From: Candidatus Peribacteria bacterium RIFCSPHIGHO2_01_FULL_55_13
GTDB taxonomy: Bacteria; Patescibacteriota; Gracilibacteria; Peribacterales; Peribacteraceae
Assembly: GCA_001788925.1 (NCBI GenBank)
Contig: MFXS01000036.1
Coordinates: 19,223 to 81,338 of the forward strand
Reading direction: 5' to 3'
DNA: 62,116 bases
In this document: piece by piece, positions 1-8,860 of the stretch
Layout of the letters: every line of letters starts with the position of its first letter
Numbering within the stretch: the stretch's first letter is position 1
The notes under the pieces: generated by a model
The model's database searches: none
The model's input: only the letters and a program-made list of their open reading frames with translations
Told to the model about the DNA's origin: nothing
Made by a program: the position numbers and the translations under genes

Positions 1-1
1 G

Positions 2-784
2 CGCATCGCTGTTGTGGGAAAACCGAACGTCGGAAAAAGTTCGATCGTGAACGCACTGATGTCGGACCCGCAGCGCGCCTCTTCTCCCCGGATCGTTTCA
101 GAAATTCCGGGAACGACTAGAGACGCCGTGGATACCGCCATCCGCTACAACGACCACGATTATATTTTTGTGGACACGGCAGGCATCAAGAAAAAGAAAG
201 AGGAGACGCCGGGGCTGGAAACCCTCGCCTATTTCCGCTCGATCCAGGCGATCAGCAATGCGGACATCGTCGTGCTCGTGCTCGATGGTACCCAGGCCAT
301 CACGCGCCAGGACAAGCGCATCGCGCAGATGTGTATTGAAGAGGGCAAAGGGCTGATCCTTGCGGTGAACAAGAGCGACGGCATGGAACTCGAGCAGAAG
401 AAAAACACAGTCAACGATGTGCAGCTCACGCTCCCCTTCTGCCGCTTCGCACCGATCATCCTCTGCTCCGCCAAATCCCGGGATGGACTCCTGAAGCTCT
501 TCGATCTCATCGAGACGGTGCAACGCAACCGCGTCCGTAGGATCCCAACGAAAGATCTTCATAACTGGTACACCGAAACCGTGCGGGGGCAGCCCATGGA
601 TGAACTCGCAAAATCCAAGCACATCACCCAGGCCGACGACGTCCCGCCGACATTCGTGGTGTTTGTGAAAGATCCGAAGAAAGTGAAAGTTTCTGAATTG
701 AAGTTTTTGGAGAGGAGATTGCGGTCGACGTTTGCGTTTGAGGGAACGACGGTTCGGTGGATAACAAAAGGGCAGAAGAATTAG
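2..784 (+). CDS. der: GTPase Der/EngA, second GTPase domain plus KH-like C-terminus; 5' end cut by window edge
   Basis: Frame open from base 2 (RIAVVGKPNVGKSS Walker A, DTAGI, NKSD G4); stop TAG 782-784. Confidence 0.9.
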   Translation, partial: RIAVVGKPNVGKSSIVNALMSDPQRASSPRIVSEIPGTTRDAVDTAIRYNDHDYIFVDTAGIKKKKEETPGLETLAYFRSIQAISNADIVVLVLDGTQAITRQDKRIAQMCIEEGKGLILAVNKSDGMELEQKKNTVNDVQLTLPFCRFAPIILCSAKSRDGLLKLFDLIETVQRNRVRRIPTKDLHNWYTETVRGQPMDELAKSKHITQADDVPPTFVVFVKDPKKVKVSELKFLERRLRSTFAFEGTTVRWITKGQKN

Positions 785-804
785 GAATTAGGAATGAGCA
801 ATTA
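779..804. repeat. Heptad-word hairpin family 1 (AATTAGG/AATGAGC words), left arm of a split inverted repeat
   Basis: AATTAGGAATTAGGAATGAGCAATTA pairs 22/27 with reverse complement of 1243-1268; overlaps der stop codon. Confidence 0.7.
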
Positions 805-858
805 TCCCTGTTTTGGGTGAACGTTTGTACACCTGTATTTTTTGTATTTTTGCGTAAA

Positions 859-1245
859 ATGATCAGAATGACTACAAGTAATCCCCTACCGGAAAAGGCA
901 TTGCGATTCTCAATTCATGCAGTCCAAGTCTGTCAAAAAATGATCAAGCAAAGAGAGTATGTACTGAGCAAGCAATTGCTCAAATCTGCGACCAGCATTG
1001 GGGCAAATATTGAGGAAGCAAAATATGCGCAGAGTAAGCGAGACTTTCTCTCAAAAATGAATATCGCGCTTAAGGAAGCATCCGAAACCCAATACTGGAT
1101 TAAAGTTATCAGGGCATCCGGCTATGGATCAGATGAAGTATGGAATCCACTGGCAACTGAAGCACACGAATTAACAGCTCTCTTGGTAGCCATAACGAAA
1201 ACACTCAAAAGAAAGCTACAACTTGAAAACGATGATCATTGCTAA
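859..1245 (+). CDS. Four-helix-bundle protein, 23S rRNA intervening-sequence protein family (TIGR02436-like)
   Basis: SIGANIEEAKYAQSKRDFLSKMNIALKEASETQYW is the family signature; ATG 859 preferred over the ORF-track start 757, which overlaps der and the repeat arm. Confidence 0.8.
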   Translation: MIRMTTSNPLPEKALRFSIHAVQVCQKMIKQREYVLSKQLLKSATSIGANIEEAKYAQSKRDFLSKMNIALKEASETQYWIKVIRASGYGSDEVWNPLATEAHELTALLVAITKTLKRKLQLENDDHC

Positions 1246-1268
1246 TTGCTACTTCCTCATTGCTAATT
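1243..1268. repeat. Heptad-word hairpin family 1, right arm
   Basis: TAATTGCTACTTCCTCATTGCTAATT; contains the stop codons of both the four-helix-bundle gene (1243-1245) and the convergent LOG-like gene (1267-1269). Confidence 0.7.
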
Positions 1269-1875
1269 ATCCTTTCCCTTGTCGTAAATCTTTGACGCGT
1301 CCGTCTTCATGGATCGGAAGTGGGAACGCTTTGATCGCGACTTCGAGTTTGGTCAGAAGTGCGGCCGGATCATCGTCGAAAACCATGTTCGGCGGAATCT
1401 TTCTCTTGCAAAGCTCTTCCACCACGTGCGGGATGTCGTTGCTGATGCCGCCGGTATTGGTGAGGATACCGATGGGGCGCCCCTCGTCGTAAGCGATGGT
1501 GAATTCATTAAGGGTGCCGATGCCGCCGCCGACGATCACAACGGCGTCGGAGCTGCGGATATTGATGATGTCACGCTCCATGAATCCCTGACCCGTGTAG
1601 ATGATGATGTCGTTGTCGTGCGGGGAAAGATACTCGTTCACGTGCTCGTACTCGGAGAACGCCGGAGAGACGCCGAGTGTGAGGCCGCCGGATTCCTTTG
1701 CCCCCAGAAGCGCATCATGCGGCAATCCCGGGCACGCTCCGTTGATGAAGATGTGGCCGCGCTTCGCGATCTCCTCGCCGAGTTTCCTAGCCTTCATGCG
1801 CGCATGCGCATCCTCGGTCTGCGGACCGGAAGCCGAACCCATGACGCCGATTTTGAGTTTGTGGTGGTATGCCAC
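1267..1875 (-). CDS. TIGR00725/LOG-family (lysine-decarboxylase-like) protein
   Basis: KIGVMGSASG and VVIVGGGIGTLNEF motifs; GTG start at 1875. Confidence 0.8.
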   Translation of the reverse strand: MAYHHKLKIGVMGSASGPQTEDAHARMKARKLGEEIAKRGHIFINGACPGLPHDALLGAKESGGLTLGVSPAFSEYEHVNEYLSPHDNDIIIYTGQGFMERDIINIRSSDAVVIVGGGIGTLNEFTIAYDEGRPIGILTNTGGISNDIPHVVEELCKRKIPPNMVFDDDPAALLTKLEVAIKAFPLPIHEDGRVKDLRQGKG

Positions 1876-1958
1876 TGCGGAGGCTATTGTAACGGGAATT
1901 GAGAAATCTCGTTTTTAGGTCTGGAAATATTATACCATAATTTATAGTATGGTGCACT

Positions 1959-2573
1959 ATGGTCGAAAACACCCCTTCCACATACAACCCCCAGGAAGTC
2001 TTGGCTTCCCTGCGCGAAAAGGCAGCCAAGGGATTCGACAGAAGTGATCTTACCCTCTTCAACACAGCAATCACGGTGCACATCACCGAATTTTCTCTCA
2101 CGGAACGGGGCGAACTGTCCTCGTTGTTTGGTTCCTATCAATCGCAATTCGAGCAAAAGCAAGACAAACCGGCCGTACAGTCGCAAGACCCGTTCCGAAT
2201 AGTTCCCCCGCTCCCGGCTGATGCACAAGGTGAAGAACCGGAACTCACGCGACGGGAAGACATTATCGCAGACGGGGATTTTTTCTTTGAGCGCCTGATG
2301 ACGGAACTGGAACAGCAATCCGTGAAAGAGATACATAGGGGACACCCATCATTACGCACTGCCTGCACCTCCATATTTGACTCAGAGCTTCCCCAGGATA
2401 TTCGCGATGAAGCGGTCATGGACGTGATAAGAGCGATCAACGCAGGAGAACTGCGCAAAAAAGTGGGCTGGACTCTCTGTTGGCTTCTTGTTGATGGTGT
2501 AGTAATCCCGATTGCAAAAGCAAAAGAATTGTTTGGACAATATTATCGCGCCAAACGCCCGTACAAGGATTGA
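1959..2573 (+). CDS. Hypothetical protein
   Basis: 204-aa ORF filling an otherwise empty interval, no recognisable motif. Confidence 0.5.
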   Translation: MVENTPSTYNPQEVLASLREKAAKGFDRSDLTLFNTAITVHITEFSLTERGELSSLFGSYQSQFEQKQDKPAVQSQDPFRIVPPLPADAQGEEPELTRREDIIADGDFFFERLMTELEQQSVKEIHRGHPSLRTACTSIFDSELPQDIRDEAVMDVIRAINAGELRKKVGWTLCWLLVDGVVIPIAKAKELFGQYYRAKRPYKD

Positions 2574-2583
2574 GTGATCCGGA

Positions 2584-3624
2584 TCATTGCGCAAGATGCT
2601 CCAGATCTTTCGGAAGCCCACTCCCCAAATACTGGATGCGGTTCAAGTTGTGCTGCTCATTGCTTTCCGCGTAGTGGATCTTTCCTTGTTTGTCATGGAG
2701 GTAATACCAATACGCTGATGCGGTCGGCCGGAGAGCAGCCTCGATACTTTTGATGCCGGGACTTGCGATGGGACCCGGCGGAAGCCCGCGGAACTTACGG
2801 GTGTTATAGGCGGAATCCACGTTCAGATCGCCGGAAGTGATCACCGCGCTGGGTTTCGCGAGAATATAGCGCACGGTCGCATCGACCCCGAGTCCGCGGC
2901 TGTCATCGAACCGCTTCCAGAGAATGCCGGCAATGACCGGGCGCTCTGCATCGGTGATCGCTTCTTCTTCAATGAGCGATGCCATCGTGACGATCTCATG
3001 GAGCGTGCGTCCCGAATTGCCGATTTCCCCGCCAATCTCGTCGATCACTTTCGTCCGGAAGACGGTGAGGAGGCGCTTGAGGAATGCCTCTTCGGAGAAG
3101 CTTTCGGTTGCGACAAAATAGGTGTCGGGAAAAAGATACCCTTCGACTCTGCCGCCGCGCTCTGCGAGGCCTTCTCCCGGCGGGAGAAAGCCAAACTCCG
3201 TAAGATCACATTCCTGGACGCAGCGGAGGAATGCGCCCGTCGCACTCAGCTGTTTTTTGGTGAGCAACGCATCGATGTCCGTAACGGTGAACCCCTCCGG
3301 AATGGTCACGGCGATCTCCTGCGCTTTCCCGCTCTGGAGCGCTTCGATGATCTCTCCCGGCGTCATGCCCGGCATCAGAATGAACGTGCCTGCCTGAAGG
3401 GAGCTATCGGCGCCGTGGAGACGGGCATAGAGCCGGAATGCAAACGGCGACCGCAAAACCTCTTTTTCGGAAAGAAGGTTCGCAATGCCGCGCGTGGACG
3501 TCCCCGGTTCGATCCGCACGGAGACGCGGTCCGTATTGCCGGCATCAGCCGGGCGCAGCGCAAAGCGATACCAGAGGAGGGCGCATGCCAAGACTGCGAC
3601 GATGACGAGCAGAGCTTTCTTCAC
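2584..3624 (-). CDS. mltG: Endolytic murein transglycosylase MltG (YceG-like)
   Basis: N-terminal TM anchor; TMASLIEEEA and YNTRKFRGLPPGPIASPG YceG motifs; GTG start. Confidence 0.9.
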   Translation of the reverse strand: MKKALLVIVAVLACALLWYRFALRPADAGNTDRVSVRIEPGTSTRGIANLLSEKEVLRSPFAFRLYARLHGADSSLQAGTFILMPGMTPGEIIEALQSGKAQEIAVTIPEGFTVTDIDALLTKKQLSATGAFLRCVQECDLTEFGFLPPGEGLAERGGRVEGYLFPDTYFVATESFSEEAFLKRLLTVFRTKVIDEIGGEIGNSGRTLHEIVTMASLIEEEAITDAERPVIAGILWKRFDDSRGLGVDATVRYILAKPSAVITSGDLNVDSAYNTRKFRGLPPGPIASPGIKSIEAALRPTASAYWYYLHDKQGKIHYAESNEQHNLNRIQYLGSGLPKDLEHLAQ

Positions 3625-3643
3625 ACGAAAAGTATGACGGAGA

Positions 3644-3707
3644 AATTAGAAATTAGGAATTAGCAATGAGCAATTAATTGCTAATTCCTCATTGCTAATT
3701 GCTAATT
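3644..3707. repeat. Heptad-word hairpin family 1, complete (arms adjacent, centre GCAATTAATTGC)
   Basis: AATTAGAAATTAGGAATTAGCAATGAGCAATTA / TAATTGCTAATTCCTCATTGCTAATTGCTAATT, about 28/33 paired, followed by a T-run; lies between two minus-strand genes. Confidence 0.8.
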
Positions 3708-3717
3708 TTTTCTGGTC

Positions 3718-4212
3718 CTATTTCCGAAGCTTCGATCGTTTTTTCTCCAAAGCCAGCTCCTTCCCCTCCACCTTGATTTCCTGCTCCACGGACTGCAACT
3801 CGCGGCTAAGGAAAATCGTCACGACCGTACGCAGGATGATGATGGCGCCCAGCTTCCCAAGATCGTCCCACGTGGGATGCACAATACTTTCGACGATGTC
3901 TTTACCCACGAGGAATTCCAACCCGAGCGCCAAGTGCTTCCCGAGATGAATACGGACCATCGGCAATTTGTGTTCCTGGCTCCCTGTAAAGAGGAGGAAG
4001 TCGTAAAGCGCGCGGAGACAGCCGTAGGCCATCACCAAAACGCCCACGTACCCGATGACCGTAGCAATAAGGATGCTTAAGGCATCGAGCCCCACGATGA
4101 AGAGATTATTCTGCATGGCGGCGACCGCCGCGTGCACGGGCTCTTGATCGGACAAGTGCAGAATGCCAGCCGTAGTCGTACTCAGGTCGTTGAATGTTGC
4201 CGCGAGAGACAT
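3718..4212 (-). CDS. DUF1622-family membrane protein
   Basis: LGLEFLVGKDIVESIVHPTWDDLGKLGAIIILRTVVTIFLSRE resembles the DUF1622 core as I recall it. Confidence 0.7.
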   Translation of the reverse strand: MSLAATFNDLSTTTAGILHLSDQEPVHAAVAAMQNNLFIVGLDALSILIATVIGYVGVLVMAYGCLRALYDFLLFTGSQEHKLPMVRIHLGKHLALGLEFLVGKDIVESIVHPTWDDLGKLGAIIILRTVVTIFLSRELQSVEQEIKVEGKELALEKKRSKLRK

Positions 4213-4270
4213 CTCGGAGGGTTAGTCTACTCCCTAGTGCATTTTATGCAACAACTCTTGGGGGCACCGC

Positions 4271-4359
4271 CGTGACTCGTGATCGGTGATTCGTGATTCG
4301 CTCTGATTCACGCGCACGTGAGCGAATCACAAATCACGAGTCACGAGTCACGAATCACG
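4271..4359. repeat. Heptad-word hairpin family 2 (CGTGATT/CGTGACT words)
   Basis: CGTGACTCGTGATCGGTGATTCGTGATTCGCT ... AGCGAATCACAAATCACGAGTCACGAGTCACGAATCACG; sits in a divergent promoter region, so it is not simply a terminator. Confidence 0.8.
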
Positions 4360-4404
4360 AATAATTATTGCCCTTATTATACTTGAGATGCATGATGTCT
4401 TCCT

Positions 4405-4716
4405 ATGGTCTCCCTCTCCCAAGCCCGCGATATGTTCCGTCTGCAGCGCGAAGCGAAGCGCGTGAAGAAGGAACTTCAGAAAATTCAGGTGGAAGCGGAA
4501 GCCGAAGGCGTGAGCGTTGTGGTCTCCGGCGAACAGGAGATCATTTCGATTGAGATCAGCGAATCGGTCCCCCGCGAAAAAATCGGAGGACTTGCCAAAG
4601 ACGCTCTGAACCGTGCGCTGAAGAAGGCCCAGGTCGTTTCTGCGGAGAAAATGCAGAGTGTCTACAAAGAAATGGGGCTTCCTACGGAGAAAGGAATGCG
4701 GGAAATGGGGAACTAA
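4405..4716 (+). CDS. ybaB: YbaB/EbfC-family nucleoid-associated protein
   Basis: About 100 aa with a KKELQKIQVEAEAEGVSVVVSGEQEIISIEI pattern typical of YbaB. Confidence 0.7.
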   Translation: MVSLSQARDMFRLQREAKRVKKELQKIQVEAEAEGVSVVVSGEQEIISIEISESVPREKIGGLAKDALNRALKKAQVVSAEKMQSVYKEMGLPTEKGMREMGN

Positions 4717-4798
4717 CGGACGATCCCGATGCGATCCTCAATCTCCTGATCCACCCTTCGACGGGCTCAGGGCAAGCTTCGTGGTCGCAGAAAAACTC

Positions 4799-7399
4799 TT
4801 AACGAACTATTCCTATACGATCCTCGATTTCTTGGTCCACGAACACCTTCTTCCGCCCGTACTTCATCCTGCTGTATTCCTTGATGAGCGCCGCAAGCTT
4901 GTCGTTGCGCGTAGATTCGTCGTAGATCGTGGACATGGAGAACGGCCGTGAGGTGACATTGTTGATGTTGAGCTTGCAGTAGCAGTTGAAGTTGGGAATG
5001 CCGATAGCGTCCTGGTCGGAAACCACGGGCGCCATTTCTTTCGCCATGTATTCGGCGTCCTCCGCGCCGATCTTGAAGCTCATGATGGTTCCCACGTTAC
5101 CGAACACCGCATCACGCATCTTGGTGCCGGCCTGACCGTAGGATTCGGTCTTGCCCACCAGCTGCCCGATATACTGGTGCGCCATGATGAGGGCGAGCTC
5201 GTACTTGCGGGCCTCGGAGAGAATGGTGGCGAAGGCGTCGGTGACGAAATTCTGGAACTCGTCGACGTAGAGATAGAAGCGCCGGCGCTGGGCGCGCGGC
5301 ACATCGGCGCGGGACATCGCGGCCATGTTCACCTTGTTCACGAAAATAAGGCCCAGAAGCTGCGCGTTCACATCGCCGATCTTTCCCTTGCTCAGGTTCA
5401 CCAAAAGCACCTTGCCGCTGTCCATCACTTCGCGGATGTTGAAAGCGGATTTCGGCTGCCCGATGATGTTGCGCATCGTGGTGTTCGTGATGAAGGGACC
5501 GAACTTCGAGCTGAAGTACGGGATCATTTCCTCTTTTTCGCGCTGTCCGGTCTTTGCAATTTCGTGCTCCCAGAAGCTTCGGACGACCACATTTCTGCAT
5601 TTGCTGACCTTGTACTTCTGGAATTCCTCGTCCACGAAGAGCCGGGGCACGTCGATGAGCGTGGCGCCCTCTTCTTCGTCGTCCATCAGCGTAAGGCATC
5701 CGTTGCGAAAGTAGTGCTGAATGCGCGGACCGAAGATCTCGTTGCCGAAGAGCTTCAAAAAGATTTCCATCGCGTCGAGCGAGGCGCGGTCTTTCTCTTC
5801 GGGTGTCTTGGCCTCGAGAAGATTGAGTCCCATCGGGCGCTGGCCGTCGGAAGGATCAAACACGATGATGTCTTTGGCGCGCTCCTTCGGCGTGTGCGCG
5901 AGCGCATCCTCGATGAGGTCGCCGTGCGGATCCACGATGCAGAGCCCGTCGCCGTTCGCGATATCCTGGCGTGACATCCAACTGATGAGCGAGGATTTTC
6001 CACAGCCGGATTTTCCGATGACGTAGTGGTGGCGCGTGCGGTCCTCTCCGCGGAAGCGGATTTTGGTCTCCACCGCGCGGTAACGGTTGATGCCGAGCAG
6101 GATGCCGTCCGGCGGAGCATCCGGCGGCGGAGGGAGCACGCGGTACGTGATCCACTGGATGATCGGCATCTTGTTGTAGCGGCTGTCCGGGAAGTGGTAG
6201 AGCCCGGCGAGTTCCTTCTCCGTGAGCATGCATTCCTTGTGCAGGTAACAGTTGACGCGATTCTTCCAGAGCCAGTGGATGACAGGCGCGTTCAGCGCGT
6301 GCGGCAGGAAATCGATGAACATCCGCTTGTTCACAAGCACGTTGCCGTAGAGATCCTTGAACGCGTTGAAAGCGACCTGAATGTTGTTGGTGAGTTCGGT
6401 GGCGCGCTGCGTGCTCTTGGATGACGCCATGATGCGGATGCTGGCGTGATAGAAACTCATGCCTCCCTTCTCCGCCATGCGCTTGTAGAGCTCTTCCTCC
6501 GGCTGCACCATGCGCACGAAGGAGTCGCCGCCTTTGGCGCCCGGGGCGTTGGTGCTGGAGGAGGTGAATTCGGAAAGGCCACTCAGGATGAACCCGAGCA
6601 CGGGGATATGCGCGAACATCCCCTCTTTCTTGCCCTTGAATCCCGCGCTCGCGGCGCGCTTGGTGTTCCTGTTCCACTTCTTGCTGAGAGCCGGCGTGAG
6701 CACGATCTGAATGGCGGCCACCTCATCACGCTCCATTTTGGAGAGCACGTTGGAAAGCCCGTTGAGCGGATCATCCTGCATGAATTCGTACGTGCGCAGC
6801 GGGTAGCAGAATTTCTTCTGAAACTTGAGGTAGTAACCGATCATGCTGTAGCCCTTGGGCCGCACTTCCGGCGTCGGCTCCAATGTCACCTCGGCATCGC
6901 CGTAGAAAGCGGTGATCTGTTTTTCCACGATGGAAATAAACTTCGGCTGCGTGACAACGAAGAACAGCAGCTGCCCCTTCTCCACGTACATCTCGAAGCT
7001 GATACGGATATCGCGTGTGATCCAGAAGTGGATGGACTGCCAGAAGTCGAGGTTGCGGACTTCCCAGAGCGCGCGATAGAGCTGCTCCATCACCGCGACT
7101 TTTTCTTTGAAATCTTTTTCCGTGCGCTTCTCCTGGTCGAGTTTCGTATCGGACCGCGGCAGCACCACCTTCATGGAAACGAGCTTGCGGCTTTCGAAGT
7201 GCGCCATCGCGAAGCGAATCACCCGCTTCACGATCGCCCAGGCGAAGTACAGCGAGGCGATGAAGACGGTGTTATTGACAGGATCCACCCGGTACCACTC
7301 CCACAGATCGATCCAGATATGGGCGTTGACGATCGTCGTACTGAGAGCGACGACGACCCACAGGAGCGGCCAGAAGAGGATGCGGAGGAGCGCGAGCAC
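4799..7399 (-). CDS. TraD/VirD4-like (type IV coupling protein-like) P-loop ATPase with N-terminal TM segments, paralog 1
   Basis: Walker A GKSGCGKSS, IVDPHGDL, Walker B FYLYVDEFQNF, MAHQY; GTG start; roughly 70% identical by eye to 39026-41512 across the compared C-terminal ATPase segment. Confidence 0.65.
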   Translation of the reverse strand: MLALLRILFWPLLWVVVALSTTIVNAHIWIDLWEWYRVDPVNNTVFIASLYFAWAIVKRVIRFAMAHFESRKLVSMKVVLPRSDTKLDQEKRTEKDFKEKVAVMEQLYRALWEVRNLDFWQSIHFWITRDIRISFEMYVEKGQLLFFVVTQPKFISIVEKQITAFYGDAEVTLEPTPEVRPKGYSMIGYYLKFQKKFCYPLRTYEFMQDDPLNGLSNVLSKMERDEVAAIQIVLTPALSKKWNRNTKRAASAGFKGKKEGMFAHIPVLGFILSGLSEFTSSSTNAPGAKGGDSFVRMVQPEEELYKRMAEKGGMSFYHASIRIMASSKSTQRATELTNNIQVAFNAFKDLYGNVLVNKRMFIDFLPHALNAPVIHWLWKNRVNCYLHKECMLTEKELAGLYHFPDSRYNKMPIIQWITYRVLPPPPDAPPDGILLGINRYRAVETKIRFRGEDRTRHHYVIGKSGCGKSSLISWMSRQDIANGDGLCIVDPHGDLIEDALAHTPKERAKDIIVFDPSDGQRPMGLNLLEAKTPEEKDRASLDAMEIFLKLFGNEIFGPRIQHYFRNGCLTLMDDEEEGATLIDVPRLFVDEEFQKYKVSKCRNVVVRSFWEHEIAKTGQREKEEMIPYFSSKFGPFITNTTMRNIIGQPKSAFNIREVMDSGKVLLVNLSKGKIGDVNAQLLGLIFVNKVNMAAMSRADVPRAQRRRFYLYVDEFQNFVTDAFATILSEARKYELALIMAHQYIGQLVGKTESYGQAGTKMRDAVFGNVGTIMSFKIGAEDAEYMAKEMAPVVSDQDAIGIPNFNCYCKLNINNVTSRPFSMSTIYDESTRNDKLAALIKEYSRMKYGRKKVFVDQEIEDRIGIVR

Positions 7400-7527
7400 G
7401 GTGTTCTATCTATTTTATCACAAAAATGACAATGGCTCCATGGTAATTCATTCGTGAAGAAAAGTGGAAAGAGGATAACGGAAAGAGGAACGTTCTTCTC
7501 TTTGTGCAGCCAACTTTCCGCTTTCCA

Positions 7528-8619
7528 CTATTCGTTTTCCGCTCCGCAGGTAACCACCTCCATCCGCATCTCCCGCTTCACTCCTTTCGCTGTCGCAAAG
7601 GTAAAGACATAGTCCCCGCCGGAAGAAGGCGTGAAGCTGAAATGCTCCTCGGGCGACACCCAGTCCTGCATGCGGACAAAGCGGCCATCGGGATACCGTA
7701 CGCCGCGGACAACGAACCATTTGTTGGCTTTGAGCACGAGCGCAGATCCCGCCGCCTGGCGATGGGGAATGCCGCGCTGAAAGCGCACGTCGCGGGTAAG
7801 GCGCTGCTGAAGGCGTGGGGCTTCGGTGATCTCCGCATCCGGAGCCAGGCTGCATCCCGAAACAAGTGTGGCATCTCCCAGGCGCTCGAAGCGCGCGTTG
7901 ATCACTCCCCTGGACCGCTCGGCGATCGTGGTGAACGCAGCGACGCTCAGGTCCATGTCGCGTCCTTCCACATACGGCCCGCGGTCGTTGATGCGCACGG
8001 TGACGGTCTTTTCATTCTCGATGTTTGTCACTTTTACCAGAGTGTTATGCGGAAAACTCCGATGTGCTGCCGTCAATTGATGCATGTCAAAGGTCTCGCC
8101 GAACGCGGTGCCATCGCCGTGAAAGTTCTCACCGTAGAGACTGACTTCATGAACTTCTTCTACAAGTTTCTGATCAAGATTGCGCATCATCGCGAGGAGT
8201 TCTTCCTCCGAGACGACGACCGAGAGATCTGTTTCGGAGACGACGGGGTAACGCTCCATCATCGCGGGAAGATGTTCGCGCTGCATGAGATCAAGTTCTT
8301 CCACGTTGCGTGTGCGGTAGAGCCAGAGCAGCGCGTCCTCAAGAGTCAGCGGTGTATCTGGATGAAATGCACCGTCGCCGGGACTCTTCGAATCGCTGTC
8401 TCCATCCAGGAGACCGCGGTTTTTTGCGTAGGTGATTTCCCGCTCGCCTTTATCCCCTTCGGTAACGTCGAAAAAGGGCTTCTCGCGGGTGTCATACACC
8501 GCCCGGTTGATGCTCCCCCAAAGCAGCAAAAATCCGTCCCGTCGGGAAATCGGTTCCGCGGCTTGGGCTTGCGGAATACCGATGGCGAACATGACAAAAA
8601 TCGCAAGGAAAGATTTCAC
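7528..8619 (-). CDS. Secreted RlpA-like double-psi beta-barrel lytic transglycosylase family protein
   Basis: Signal peptide; TAAHRSFPHNTLVKVTNIENEKTVTVRINDRGPYVEGRDMDLS DPBB motif. Confidence 0.8.
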   Translation of the reverse strand: MKSFLAIFVMFAIGIPQAQAAEPISRRDGFLLLWGSINRAVYDTREKPFFDVTEGDKGEREITYAKNRGLLDGDSDSKSPGDGAFHPDTPLTLEDALLWLYRTRNVEELDLMQREHLPAMMERYPVVSETDLSVVVSEEELLAMMRNLDQKLVEEVHEVSLYGENFHGDGTAFGETFDMHQLTAAHRSFPHNTLVKVTNIENEKTVTVRINDRGPYVEGRDMDLSVAAFTTIAERSRGVINARFERLGDATLVSGCSLAPDAEITEAPRLQQRLTRDVRFQRGIPHRQAAGSALVLKANKWFVVRGVRYPDGRFVRMQDWVSPEEHFSFTPSSGGDYVFTFATAKGVKREMRMEVVTCGAENE

Positions 8620-8667
8620 GGGGAAATGTTCTCAGAAATCCAAGATATTTGCCATTGCGGGAGAAGG

Positions 8668-8860
8668 AAAAATGACCGATGACCGAGCAGGGGGAATGAC
8701 CGATGACCAATAACACAATGACCAGGCAGGAGGAATGATCGATGACCAATAACCCAATGGCCAAGCAATACACAAACACAAAGGCTGCATCTTGGTCATT
8801 GGCTCTTGGTCATTGGTCATTCACATTGTTTGGTCATTGGTTCCCGGTCATTGGTCATTT
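8668..8860. repeat. Heptad-word hairpin family 3 (AATGACC/GGTCATT words), long composite inverted repeat
   Basis: Left arm AATGACCGATGACC...AATGACCAATAACACAATGACCAGGCA, right arm TTGGTCATTGGCTCTTGGTCATTGGTCATT...GGTCATTGGTCATTTTT; shares a module of about 35 nt with 27283-27424 and 29535-29658. Confidence 0.8.

Noticed and set aside
8668-8860. Possible CRISPR arrays at the repetitive intergenic tracts (also 27283-27424, 29535-29658 and 38887-38975).
   Set aside because: The units are 7-nt degenerate words arranged as inverted repeats, not 25-40-nt constant repeats separated by unique spacers. No cas genes are present.
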